Part shown: positions 1 to 9,339 of the stretch, piece by piece
How positions within the stretch are numbered: the first letter of the stretch is position 1
Layout of the letters: each line of letters opens with the position of its first letter
Source: Candidatus Wolfebacteria bacterium RIFOXYD12_FULL_48_21
GTDB taxonomy: Bacteria; Patescibacteriota; Minisyncoccia; UBA6257; UBA9933
Assembly: GCA_001793945.1 (NCBI GenBank)
Contig: MGIW01000003.1
Span: 129,630 to 193,629 of the forward strand
DNA length: 64,000 bases
Direction of reading: 5' to 3'
The notes under the pieces: generated by a model
The model's input: only the letters and a program-made list of their open reading frames with translations
Databases searched by the model: none
What the model was told of the DNA's origin: nothing
Program-made: the position numbers and the translations under genes

Positions 1-952
1 CCATCATTGCGTCATAGGAGTTTGCTGCAACCAGCTCAGGCATCTCATGATATTTTTCCTGATACATCGCAACAAACCTCTGCGCTTCCTTTTGACCCGA
101 CATCACATCGAACGGGTACGGATATACGATGCCGTCGGCAATGTCCGCGTAGTCCTTTTGCAGTGCGGCATTTTCCGCCCCCAATTGGCCAAGCCAGTTC
201 ACATTGATCCCTAATTCTTTTGCCTGCTTCATCGTTGCGCCCATTTTAGGGCCGGCCGCATGAATGTTCAAAATCGTATCGGGATTTTTTGCCTTTATCT
301 TTACCAGCTCCGTTCGCACATCATCTTGCGCCAACTCCACTCCCTCTACTGCAACAACGGTGCCACCCAACTTTTCAAATGCTTCCTTGAAATACTTGGC
401 ATGTTCTTCTCCGAACGGATTTTTTGCCTGTACGATGGCAACGGTGCGCGCATTGGTTTTTTCGTACGCATACCCCGCCAATGCATCCATCATATCCTTC
501 GTACTTGCGATCGTCCTGAAAAAATAATCATCCTGGCTCATTTGATTAAGCCCTGCAAAAGGAGATATCAGAATCACCTTGTTCTCGTTGATGATCGGAA
601 GCATCGGAATGACCGTTGAATTCCATGAATCACCCACAATGTATTTAACCTTATCGATCTCTATCAGTTTTTGAACTGCGCTTACCGCCTTCGCCGGGGA
701 TGCTTCGCTATCTTCAACGATAAGCTCCACTTTTTTACCGTTGATTCCACCGTTCTTATTGATCTCATCCCTCGCCAACTCGACGCCTCGCAACTCCTGC
801 TGTCCGAAGTATGCGGCATTACCGGTGAGTGTCCCAATCACGCCAATCTTGACCACATTCGCCTCTGCGCTTCCTTGATACATTACATATCCCCCTACCA
901 ACGCCACCACCGCAACAACGGCAGCGGTTATTATTTTTGTTGTTTTATTCAT
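1..952 (-). CDS. ABC transporter substrate-binding protein, branched-chain amino acid (LivJ/LivK-like) family. C-terminal part runs off the window start
   Basis: Manual reverse-complement translation from the ATG at 950-952 gives MNKTTKIITAAVVAVVALVGG (signal peptide), then KIGVIGTLTGNAAYFGQQELRGVELARDEINKNGGINGKKVELIVEDSEASPAKAV, typical of periplasmic Leu/Ile/Val-binding proteins. This ORF is not in the supplied track because it is partial. Confidence 0.55.
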   Translation of the reverse strand, partial: MNKTTKIITAAVVAVVALVGGYVMYQGSAEANVVKIGVIGTLTGNAAYFGQQELRGVELARDEINKNGGINGKKVELIVEDSEASPAKAVSAVQKLIEIDKVKYIVGDSWNSTVIPMLPIINENKVILISPFAGLNQMSQDDYFFRTIASTKDMMDALAGYAYEKTNARTVAIVQAKNPFGEEHAKYFKEAFEKLGGTVVAVEGVELAQDDVRTELVKIKAKNPDTILNIHAAGPKMGATMKQAKELGINVNWLGQLGAENAALQKDYADIADGIVYPYPFDVMSGQKEAQRFVAMYQEKYHEMPELVAANSYDAMM

Positions 953-1131
953 GTATATGTTATTTAAGATGTTGACCGATCGGGTCCATCATCCTTTTAT
1001 TTATTGATTATACTGCAATAGTACACTAAAATCTTATATCTGTCCATAATTTAAACATTTAATCCTCAATTATACCCGATAAATACTGCCGTATTTTGAT
1101 ATATTTAAAAACTGTTGTATTATTTAAACAT

Positions 1132-1866
1132 ATGGACCACACAAAGGAACTAATGGTTTTAACGCATTTTGGCCTTTCCCAGGCAGAAATCGATACTTAC
1201 CTTGCTTGCCTTAAACTTGGCGGATCTCCCGCAAGCACCATAGCCAAAACAACAGGAGCAAAACGAGCCTCTATTTATGCCGTTCTTAGATCGCTCGCAG
1301 AAAAAGGGTTCGTACTCCTTTATTTCAAAAAGGGGAAACGCGTGTACCACGCCGTCGATCCGCAAAAATTGCCCCGCATCTACGAAAAGAAACTGGACAT
1401 GCTCAGTAGTATGGTCCCCTACCTAAAATCAATCGAAAAAAGCCCGTTTAAGCCATTTGGTCTCCGTTTTATTGAAACCAGAGAAGAGCTGGAATTATTT
1501 TATAATGAAACATTGACCGGTCGTACGGGTGGCGAACATTATGTCATCGGCAATGTACTCGCCTGGGAGGGAATGGCCCATGATTTTTTTAAACGATACA
1601 GAGAACAGCGAGCAAAACAGAAGATCAAAACGCGACTACTGCTTTCTGCCGAGTCGGCTTCAAGTAACCCGATAGACCAATCACTCTTGCGAGAGGTTAA
1701 ATATCTTCCGGAAAAATACAAGTTTAAGAGTACTATCAACATATTCAGCGACAGTATTTTGATCATAAGCCCCGAACTCGAATCATTGGCGGTTGCTATT
1801 ACCGTACCGGCAATGATCGATGTCTTTAGGTCGATGTTCGATATTATTTGGGATTTCATCGATTGA
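1132..1866 (+). CDS. TrmB-family HTH transcriptional regulator
   Basis: LTHFGLSQAEIDTYLACLKLGGSPASTIAKTTGAKRASIYAVLRSLAEKGFV matches the TrmB N-terminal wHTH pattern. The start was chosen at the internal Met (MDHTKEL) of ORF 1096..1866. Confidence 0.5.
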   Translation: MDHTKELMVLTHFGLSQAEIDTYLACLKLGGSPASTIAKTTGAKRASIYAVLRSLAEKGFVLLYFKKGKRVYHAVDPQKLPRIYEKKLDMLSSMVPYLKSIEKSPFKPFGLRFIETREELELFYNETLTGRTGGEHYVIGNVLAWEGMAHDFFKRYREQRAKQKIKTRLLLSAESASSNPIDQSLLREVKYLPEKYKFKSTINIFSDSILIISPELESLAVAITVPAMIDVFRSMFDIIWDFID

Positions 1867-1901
1867 TCACCTTCATACTATTCCGTCATCGCAAGACGGA
1901 T

Positions 1902-1930
1902 AATGTAACGATGTCAGACATCGTTACATT
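1902..1930. repeat. 29-bp palindrome AATGTAACGATGTCAGACATCGTTACATT (REP-like). One of 5 copies in the window; this one lies between convergent genes.
   Basis: Perfect inverted repeat. The same sequence occurs at 28430-28458, 45186-45214, 45391-45419 (imperfect) and 45929-45956. Confidence 0.7.
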
Positions 1931-2762
1931 ATTTTTCTTTGTATTGTTTGATTGTTCCGTTTTCGATGATTAACTGGACCATGCCGTCGGTGTCGGTGCG
2001 GAACAGGCGGGCTTTGGCCTGTTTGATGCGGTCCAGCACTTCAGCGGTCGGGTGGCCGTAGGAGTTCTTGCCCACCTCTATTACGGCAATCGCGGGGCTA
2101 ACTACCCGCAAAAACTCCGCGGTCGTGGAAAATCGCGACCCGTGATGCGGGATCTTCAAGATATCCGCTTTGATGTTTTTACTCCCCACAAGCTGCAACT
2201 CCGTGTCTTTGCCTATGTCGCCCGTGAACAATGCCGAGATTCCTCCGCTTGTCAGCTTTGCCACCAGCGCACCTTCATTCTTGTTTTTCCCGTGCGCGGA
2301 CAAAATATCTATCTTGCTATCCATATATCTTATGCCATCCCCTTCGCTCAAGCTGACAACCGGAATATTCTTTTCTTTTACTAAACTTGCCAGCTCCTTA
2401 AAACTTTCCGAGTTACTTCCTGTGCCGTTATATATAAATGCGCCAACCTCATAGTGCTTCAATACATCAAGCAACCCGCCAAAATGGTCAAGTTCCGCGT
2501 GCGATAGCATAATAATATCAATATAGCGGTCATGCCAAGGCAATACAGCCCCCAATTGTTGCGCGGCCTTGCCGTTTGGCGGGCCGCCATCGATCAACAA
2601 TTTTACGCCGCCCGGCATAACCACCATTTCGCTATCGCCTTGCCCTACGGCAAAGAAATATAATTCGAGCCGCTTACCAAAGTCGTCGAATACAATGCTA
2701 CCCCACGCAAGCGCATCGAGGATGACTGTGCCGACGATGATTATTTTAAGATTGATTTTCAT
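1929..2762 (-). CDS. comEC: ComEC/Rec2 C-terminal metallo-beta-lactamase domain protein (second half of a split ComEC)
   Basis: MBL motifs SHAELDHFGG and HHGS. It lies immediately downstream, on the same strand, of the ComEC membrane-domain ORF. Confidence 0.55.
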   Translation of the reverse strand: MKINLKIIIVGTVILDALAWGSIVFDDFGKRLELYFFAVGQGDSEMVVMPGGVKLLIDGGPPNGKAAQQLGAVLPWHDRYIDIIMLSHAELDHFGGLLDVLKHYEVGAFIYNGTGSNSESFKELASLVKEKNIPVVSLSEGDGIRYMDSKIDILSAHGKNKNEGALVAKLTSGGISALFTGDIGKDTELQLVGSKNIKADILKIPHHGSRFSTTAEFLRVVSPAIAVIEVGKNSYGHPTAEVLDRIKQAKARLFRTDTDGMVQLIIENGTIKQYKEK

Positions 2763-3046
2763 AGGGAAGTTATGTCATTCCGTAACTGAGCTTGTCGAAG
2801 TGATACGGAATCTCGTTGATCAAATACGAGATCCTGAAACAAGTTCAGGATGACATTCAATACCGAAGCGTCCAACATGTACGCCTTGCGAAGGCGTACA
2901 TATGGTTCAAATTCTATTACATATTGCCTTCGGCAAGCGCCGGTAGTGGATTCCCGCCGGAGTTTACCCCGTACTGCGATACGGGGCCCGAAGTTCGGGA
3001 ATGACAAGAGAGGAGCCGGTATGACAATATACACGAGACGCGTCTT
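2763..3046. repeat. Cluster of palindromic hairpin (MITE/REP-like) elements separating the two ComEC ORFs
   Basis: Contains gtcattccgtaactgagcttgtcgaagtgatacggaatc and ggatgacattc/ggaatgacaag modules shared with dozens of other intergenic loci. Confidence 0.6.
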
Positions 3047-4486
3047 CTACGCATCGCCCAATATTTGCGTCTTGCGATGACGCAAATATAGTAGTATTCC
3101 TCCGACGACTGCGTAATAGAACAATAACAATACACCCGTCATTGGCATTGCAAATCCTTTATATGCGCCGAACAGCTCTATTACTCCTATCTCGTATTGC
3201 AACAGCACCGACACACCCCACGCGGGTATGGTCGCTAGCGGAACCGCAACAAACCCGATTGCCGCTATAAGAAATCCCAATCCCATTGTAACGGGAATAA
3301 ACGAGAGGATGACAATATTGGATGCGAGCGACACCAGCGAAAACGAACCGATTGATTGCATGAGTATGGGAAACACCATGAGCTGCGCCGACAGCGTACC
3401 CGACAAGTTTTCCCGCCAATTTAGCACGCCGCTTTTCTTTCGCTTAATGTATGCATCAAGATATGGCTTCACATAAATGATGCCTATTAGTGCGACAAAT
3501 GAAAGCTGAAACCCGAGGTCGTACCGAAGCACATTCGGGTTATACAACACCATAGCGCAGGCGCTTATGGCTATCGCGTTGCGCATGCTATGTGTGCGCC
3601 CAATGTGAGTTGCCAACAACACGATACTCCCCATGATCGCCGCGCGCACCACCGATGCTTCGGCGCCGGCCATGACCACGAAGCCTACTACAGCGCCGAG
3701 TGTTGCGTAAAACGCCGCTGTGCGGCGCAACAGCAACCCACAGGCCAACAGTATCGCTTCCGCAACCACACTAATGTTATACCCGGACAGCGCAACCAAG
3801 TGCGTCGTGCCGCTGTTTGCCATATTTTCCCTGAACTCCCAGTCGAACTCGGCGCGTTCGCCCAGTGTGATCCCCGCGAGCAGTGCCGCTTCGTCGGCAG
3901 GCAATGTCCGCTTGTATGTTTCAACGGCTGATCTTCTTATCGCAAATAGTCGCGTTACAATCGGATTGCCGTCGTTTCTTTTTACTCTATCCACTTCGGG
4001 AAATTGCATCGTTGCAAACAATGCGTCTTTCAATAAAAACCTCCAGCTATCTTCTTTTGGTCTTTGTATGTTTCCTGTCAGCACAAGCGCATCGCCATAT
4101 GCTACGGTCGGATATGCCCGAGCTACTACCGAAAGTCTTCCCGTATGCGGCTCGTCCAGCCGCACGATAAGCCTTTGGCTGTTTTCCATCTTGCGGACCT
4201 CTATTACATGCGCGCGTATTGCCGCCTGCGTGCCTATGAGCGGCGCTATTTGGTCCTGTTGATGCACATTATATCCGGTCCAATACAGCCCTCCCAATAT
4301 GCCCATGAGCGCAAGCGTAGCCAGCCACCCCAGTCGGACACTCCCTTTTTTGTATGCGATCCAACCGAGGCTTCCCGCAATGACCACAACGCTTGCGGAC
4401 ATGCCCGAGAGGTTCATTGCCGGGGCAAAAAATATGCCAAGCAGAAAAAACACGATCCCGAAAAATACGGATTCGTGGAGGTGCAT
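3047..4486 (-). CDS. comEC: ComEC/Rec2 competence-family integral membrane domain protein (first half of a split ComEC)
   Basis: 479-aa polytopic membrane protein with a ComEC-like competence domain, directly upstream and co-oriented with the MBL-domain ORF. Confidence 0.55.
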   Translation of the reverse strand: MHLHESVFFGIVFFLLGIFFAPAMNLSGMSASVVVIAGSLGWIAYKKGSVRLGWLATLALMGILGGLYWTGYNVHQQDQIAPLIGTQAAIRAHVIEVRKMENSQRLIVRLDEPHTGRLSVVARAYPTVAYGDALVLTGNIQRPKEDSWRFLLKDALFATMQFPEVDRVKRNDGNPIVTRLFAIRRSAVETYKRTLPADEAALLAGITLGERAEFDWEFRENMANSGTTHLVALSGYNISVVAEAILLACGLLLRRTAAFYATLGAVVGFVVMAGAEASVVRAAIMGSIVLLATHIGRTHSMRNAIAISACAMVLYNPNVLRYDLGFQLSFVALIGIIYVKPYLDAYIKRKKSGVLNWRENLSGTLSAQLMVFPILMQSIGSFSLVSLASNIVILSFIPVTMGLGFLIAAIGFVAVPLATIPAWGVSVLLQYEIGVIELFGAYKGFAMPMTGVLLLFYYAVVGGILLYLRHRKTQILGDA

Positions 4487-4747
4487 ATTAGATTTGTGAC
4501 ATGGTTAATGTTGCAAGGTGCATGGGAATGTTTATCATCCCCGGCGCTTTTATTTGTCATCCCGAACTTCGGGCCCCGTATCGCAGTGCGGGGTAAACTC
4601 CGGCGGGGATCCAGAGTTTTCTGCAGTGGCGGTGTTTGGATATTCAGACTCTGGATCCCGTGTCCCCGTATCGTGGTACGGGGCAGGCTGCGCACGGGAT
4701 GACAATACGAAGAGGAGTGACGATTTGCGCAGGGATGGAACAATTGC
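4487..4747. repeat. Hairpin repeat cluster (module ctggatcccgtgtccccgtatcgtggtacggggcaggctgcgcacgggatgacaat)
   Basis: This module recurs almost verbatim at 17570-17640 (reverse orientation), 35015-35075 and 47170-47230. Confidence 0.65.
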
Positions 4748-5275
4748 TTAAAAATCTACGCCTTTTTTTGCTTTTATCCCCTTTGAAAACGCGTGTTTTA
4801 TTTCGTTCATTTCCGTTACGGTGTCGGCCAATGCGATGAAACTTTTTGGCGCGTTGCGACCGGTCAGAATTACATCGATGCTTTCGGGGACTTTTTTTAA
4901 TAAGTCAGTTACGCTTTTTGCCGTAATCAATTTCAATTCCACTGCATTGTTTATTTCGTCAAGGATCACGAGGTCGTATTTTTTTGACGCGATTAATTTC
5001 TTTGCTTCTTGCAGTCCATCTTCGGCCGCCTTTTTATGTTCCTTGAATGGCAATGCATCTCCTGGAAGATTTACAAACCCTTTTCCTGTTTTGATTATTC
5101 TGAATTTGCCCGTAGGTATGTTGCATGCCTTTGCGAATAGGTCTTCCCCACTCTTCCATGGACCTTTTATGAACTGTATCATCACAACCTTTTTCCCGTA
5201 GCCCAATGCACGCAAGGCTACGCCAAGTGAGGCGGTTGTCTTTCCTTTTCCATTGCCAGTGTTTATGAGGATCAT
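4748..5275 (-). CDS. cobO: ATP:cob(I)alamin (corrinoid) adenosyltransferase, CobO/BtuR family
   Basis: MILINTGNGKGKTTASLGVALRALGYGKKVVMIQFIKG P-loop signature of CobA/CobO adenosyltransferases. Confidence 0.65.
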   Translation of the reverse strand: MILINTGNGKGKTTASLGVALRALGYGKKVVMIQFIKGPWKSGEDLFAKACNIPTGKFRIIKTGKGFVNLPGDALPFKEHKKAAEDGLQEAKKLIASKKYDLVILDEINNAVELKLITAKSVTDLLKKVPESIDVILTGRNAPKSFIALADTVTEMNEIKHAFSKGIKAKKGVDF

Positions 5276-5594
5276 ATTGCTTTCATTGTAGCAAAATAAA
5301 AAAGCGGCGTCAGCCGTTTTTTACTTCTTCGCCGTAATCATACACTTTGCATAACCCTTTATTAATATTGTCTTTTCTCAAATTTTCTATTACCATACTA
5401 TTAAGTAAAGGTTACTGATACTATAATTTCACTACTCCGATAGTACCTGTAAACCATTTCAAAAAATTAAGCGAGCCTGAAGGGCTTTTGTAAGAGAAGC
5501 TGGCTCGCCTTGCCGATGTGGCAAATAATACTATTGTTAAAACTAAACAGTAATTGACCCAATATTATCATAATTTAGATTTTAATTTTCAATC

Positions 5595-6524
5595 ATGACC
5601 ACCGACGAGGCCCAAGATAAAAAACCCATAGTTTCGGAAAGAGATTTTTACGATTTAGTCGACAATACGCCGATTTGCATCAAAGCCTTCGACAAGGACG
5701 GCAAGCTTATTTTTGTTAACAAGGGGGGCAGGGATGAGCATTCTATCAAAGATACCGACGACATCTCCAAATGGGACTGGCTGGGAACAGTCAAAGAACC
5801 ATACCGAGCCGCGGCTTGGGAAAAATTTGAAAAAGCGCTAAAGGGAGAGCCGAGCACCGTTGAATTTGAACATACACCGGAAGGATCAAAACATGCGTGG
5901 TGTTCCGGCACTCTTTCCCCTATCAAAGATGAAAACGGCAATGTTAAATCCGTCTTGTTTTATTCCATTGATGTTAGCTCCCTAAAGGTTGCCGAGCTGG
6001 CGGCACAAGAAAGGGAACAGATGTTTCAAACACTCCTTGATTCCGTTCCTCTTTGCATTAAATGGTTTAATGCAAAAGGTAATTTAATTTCAGTGAATAA
6101 AGGAGGTAGAAAGGAGCATTTTCTGGAAAATTTAACCGAAGAGGAAATTACAAATTGGGACTACATGGGATGCATTGACGAGGCATATCGCTCGCAAGTC
6201 AAAGAAAGCATGACTGCGGCACTGAAGGGAGTAGGGAGCAGCTTTCCCATAAAGCATCCCCCCGGAACCTCGGAAGGCACATGGTGCCAATCTACCATGC
6301 TGCCGGTAAAAGGTTACGACGGCAACATCAAATATGTCTTATTTTTGTCGCGAGACATAACCGACGAAAAATTAATAGGAGAAGAACGGCAAAAATCAGA
6401 AGCAGAAATGAAGCAAAAAAATGAAGAGCTGGAAATATTTAACAAAATGACCGTCAATAGAGAGCTGAAGATGATTGAATTAAAGGAGAAAATAAAAGAA
6501 TTGGAAGAAAAATCGCACCCGTAA
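5595..6524 (+). CDS. Tandem double PAS-domain protein with a C-terminal coiled coil. No output domain is visible.
   Basis: Two internally repeated ~120-aa units (CIKAFDKDGKLIFVNKGGRDEH... / CIKWFNAKGNLISVNKGGRKEH...) with a PAS-like pattern. The C-terminus is K/E-rich coiled coil. Confidence 0.45.
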   Translation: MTTDEAQDKKPIVSERDFYDLVDNTPICIKAFDKDGKLIFVNKGGRDEHSIKDTDDISKWDWLGTVKEPYRAAAWEKFEKALKGEPSTVEFEHTPEGSKHAWCSGTLSPIKDENGNVKSVLFYSIDVSSLKVAELAAQEREQMFQTLLDSVPLCIKWFNAKGNLISVNKGGRKEHFLENLTEEEITNWDYMGCIDEAYRSQVKESMTAALKGVGSSFPIKHPPGTSEGTWCQSTMLPVKGYDGNIKYVLFLSRDITDEKLIGEERQKSEAEMKQKNEELEIFNKMTVNRELKMIELKEKIKELEEKSHP

Positions 6525-6563
6525 TTTTACGGGTGCGATTTTAAATTCATCATTATTTCGACT

Positions 6564-6767
6564 TTAATTACGCCCTTGTGTCGCAATCATACGCTTCGCG
6601 CGAACCCACTCTTGAACGGAACCGGGGAAGCCGCTCCGGTGCTGCTCGCCACTACTCGCCGACCAGTAAAAAAGTCTTCTCTGCATTTCCGAATTTGCTC
6701 GCAAGTATGTTGCATTCCTTTGCGAACAGGTCTTCCCTCTCCCGTTGCCGGTGTTTATGAGAATCAT
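6564..6767 (-). pseudogene. Truncated duplicate of the cobO 5' end (MILINTGNGRGKT...) plus its upstream region
   Basis: 6690-6810 aligns to 5101-5320 (cobO start and promoter region) with an internal deletion. The reading frame decays after ~15 codons. Confidence 0.5.
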
Positions 6768-6820
6768 ATTGCTTTCAATGTAGCAAAATTAAAAAACGGC
6801 GTCAGCCGTTTTTTGCCATG

Positions 6821-6903
6821 TGCGCGGGAGAGGACTTGAACCTCCACGGGATTGCTCCCACAACCACCTCAAGGTTGCGCGCCTGCCATTTCGCCACCCG
6901 CGC
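6821..6903 (-). tRNA. tRNA-Leu(GAG), class II with a long variable arm
   Basis: The reverse complement reads GCGCGGGTGGCGAAATGGCAGGCGCGCAACCTTGAGGTGGTTG...GGTTCAAGTCCTCTCCCGCGCA. It has a 7-bp acceptor stem, anticodon stem CAACC/GGTTG and loop TTGAGGT (anticodon GAG). Confidence 0.7.
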
Positions 6904-6908
6904 GTACA

Positions 6909-7556
6909 TTACCCACCAATACTATCTAAAACCTTCCTAATTTTCAAGTGCTTGCGGGATAGACATCTTACATCATCCGCATAGTACATATATTTGATTA
7001 ATATATCTGATTCTTTCTTCGCGTACCTTAATTGATACACCGAGCTGCTTGGTTTTTCCGCACAATGCCCTTTTATTCCGCACGACTGATTTATCTCCGA
7101 GCGTAGCCAATCAATATGACCGCGACTTGCCGAAACGAAGCTCGTATAATACATGAGGCTTGATTTCCACCGCGGATCCCAGTATGAATAAAAGCACCCA
7201 TCCCCATCAAAATGCCCCCTCAAGAAATCTGCAAAATATTTTTTAGGAATATTTATTTCTTTTAAAATTTTTGTCTTATTCGGCATCAAACCTATTTCTA
7301 TCAAAAAATCATAGAATATTCTGTCTCCCAATTGGATCCGAAAATAATCTTTCTTCTCAGTATATCCGCTCGTATGGCCCTCGGTTTTATTGGAAATACC
7401 AAGACATTCCCTAAAATTATTGATCATCTCCAAATCCTTTGATACAAGAACGATATGTCTCCCATCTTTCGAAAGGCTTCCGTCCGTCACAATCAACCCA
7501 ATCGCATACGCGAACTCAGGAGACCATTCCAGCCTTACTTTGCCGAGCGGTTTCAT
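6909..7556 (-). CDS. Free-standing double-motif LAGLIDADG homing endonuclease
   Basis: Motif 1 is FAYAIGLIVTDGSL and motif 2 is ADFLRGHFDGDGCF. It starts 5 bp upstream of tRNA-Leu(GAG). Confidence 0.7.
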   Translation of the reverse strand: MKPLGKVRLEWSPEFAYAIGLIVTDGSLSKDGRHIVLVSKDLEMINNFRECLGISNKTEGHTSGYTEKKDYFRIQLGDRIFYDFLIEIGLMPNKTKILKEINIPKKYFADFLRGHFDGDGCFYSYWDPRWKSSLMYYTSFVSASRGHIDWLRSEINQSCGIKGHCAEKPSSSVYQLRYAKKESDILIKYMYYADDVRCLSRKHLKIRKVLDSIGG

Positions 7557-7604
7557 AATCTTAATTATATCACCTCAAGGTTGTAGCGTCTACCAATATA
7601 TTCA

Positions 7605-7643
7605 TCAAAAAATCCTCCGTCGGCTGACGGAGGCTCTTTTATT
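7605..7643. terminator. Bidirectional intrinsic terminator (hairpin cctccgtcggctgacggagg flanked by A-run and T-run) after rplS
   Basis: Perfect 8-bp stem with a 4-nt loop, A-rich on the 5' side and T-rich on the 3' side. Confidence 0.5.
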
Positions 7644-7965
7644 ATGCGGCAATGCCGATCTTTTCCCGGGTCTTCTTTTTCGAAAGACTTCGAACGAAGT
7701 AGAGTTTTGCGCGGCGCACTTTTTTCGGGGCGGTGAGCACTTCCACCTTCGAGATCAACGGAGTGTTGAACGGATACACCTTTTCAACGCCAATTTCGCT
7801 GATGATCGAACGGACGGTAAATGTCGAACCGATCTCCTTGCCATGCTTTGTCGCAATAACGATCCCCTGGAATTTGCTGACGCGTTCCTTTTCGCCATCT
7901 TTGATGCGCTCCCAAACGCGAACGCTTGCTCCCGGCTTTATTTTTGCCATGAGTTCTTTATCCAT
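7642..7965 (-). CDS. rplS: 50S ribosomal protein L19
   Basis: SVRVWERIKDGEKERVSKFQGIVIA...TFTVRSIISEIGVEKVYPFNTPLISKVEVL...KVRRAKLYFVR matches L19. Confidence 0.85.
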   Translation of the reverse strand: MDKELMAKIKPGASVRVWERIKDGEKERVSKFQGIVIATKHGKEIGSTFTVRSIISEIGVEKVYPFNTPLISKVEVLTAPKKVRRAKLYFVRSLSKKKTREKIGIAA

Positions 7966-8252
7966 AGTTCGCTTATATTAGTAGATTATGGGGCTGTTGT
8001 CAAACGCACTCTGTCATTCCGAGCGCGGGTCCCGTATCAAGTACGGGATAAACTCCGGCGGGAATCCAGTGTCTTTAATATAGGTCATCACTACTGCAGA
8101 AAACTCTGGATCCCGTGTCGGAGCACGGGATGACACTGCGGGGAGCGGTGGAAATGTGAGATTAGAGGTGTGAGATGTGAGGCGTGGGGATGATGATGCG
8201 AATAAAAACCCCTGCCGTTAAGCAGGGGGTGTATGCAAACAAACGAACAGAC

Positions 8253-9116
8253 TCACTCACAATAAAATCGAGAGCACTTCACTTCGTGCATCCTTGTCGG
8301 AGCAGGCGGGTAAAGTCTTTTGGCGATCTTTGCCAGTAGGTAGCTAACGGCAATGGTCGCCGCCAGAAAAGTCGCGAGTTCGATGTATTGAACCGAACCG
8401 GTGAGAACCATGCCGAGCGCGCCGGGAAAGGCGAGCAATAGGGTGGCACCTTCAGTGGTGGTGTATTTGCCGTAGCTGAGTATTAACGCGCCAATTATCA
8501 CAATAACCACGATAAAGACTGAGCTGAGAACGCCACTGAGTGATGGTATAGGGTGGTTGCCTGCGCCAATAGCGATGAGTGCTATGGCGAATCCGGACAT
8601 GACACAGAGCAAAAGCTGTCCATAAAACCAAAATAATTTTTTGTCGCTTTTGCCGCTTCTTTGGCTGCACAGACTTGATACTGCCACTCCGGCAACGATT
8701 GCCGCCAGAACAGCCGTCATGAGCCACATTGTTTCCTTTAGGGGTTTTGGTTCGGTAAGTTTCTCCTCCGACCATCTCCCATTTTTTAGATTGATCGCGG
8801 TTTTGGTGATCTGCGTCTCCCGCGCCATGGGCAGTCCGAATACCCAAGAACCTCTTTCATCCACCTTTTCCATCTCATACACTCCCTCCCCTTGCCGAAC
8901 AATGGCGAGGACCTTAGGGATGTCTTTCGCGGGAAAATCAATTGGCGGAAGGGCATATCGCTCCGTTTCGGTTACTACTTTCACGACCAATGCGCCTTGC
9001 TCGGTGGTTACCGTTTCCTCTGCCGTCGGCAGTGGCGGCATTTCTGCTTTGGCGATACCTGCAAACAGGGAACATACAAACATTGCCGCAAACAACCCAC
9101 TATTGAGTGTCTCCAC
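8253..9116 (-). CDS. Hypothetical membrane protein (signal peptide, extracytoplasmic domain, ~4 TM helices)
   Basis: Hydrophobic N-terminus and multiple hydrophobic segments. No recognisable motif. Confidence 0.35.
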   Translation of the reverse strand: METLNSGLFAAMFVCSLFAGIAKAEMPPLPTAEETVTTEQGALVVKVVTETERYALPPIDFPAKDIPKVLAIVRQGEGVYEMEKVDERGSWVFGLPMARETQITKTAINLKNGRWSEEKLTEPKPLKETMWLMTAVLAAIVAGVAVSSLCSQRSGKSDKKLFWFYGQLLLCVMSGFAIALIAIGAGNHPIPSLSGVLSSVFIVVIVIIGALILSYGKYTTTEGATLLLAFPGALGMVLTGSVQYIELATFLAATIAVSYLLAKIAKRLYPPAPTRMHEVKCSRFYCE

Positions 9117-9339
9117 TTTTTCTCCTCCTTAAAAATCTGTTTTATAATTGTGTAAAGGTTTCTGACTGAAGAATGCACTAAATGTTTGTTTTTGTCAAAT
9201 CCTGTATTCCGAGTGGAGTGGAGCGCGTGCCGCCATATCCGCCAGCTGACGGAGGTGGAGCAGGAATCTGCTGCCACTCACAACTGCAGATCCCTCGGCA
9301 GGCTCGGGATGACAACTCAAGAAAGTTGTTTACCGCGCC

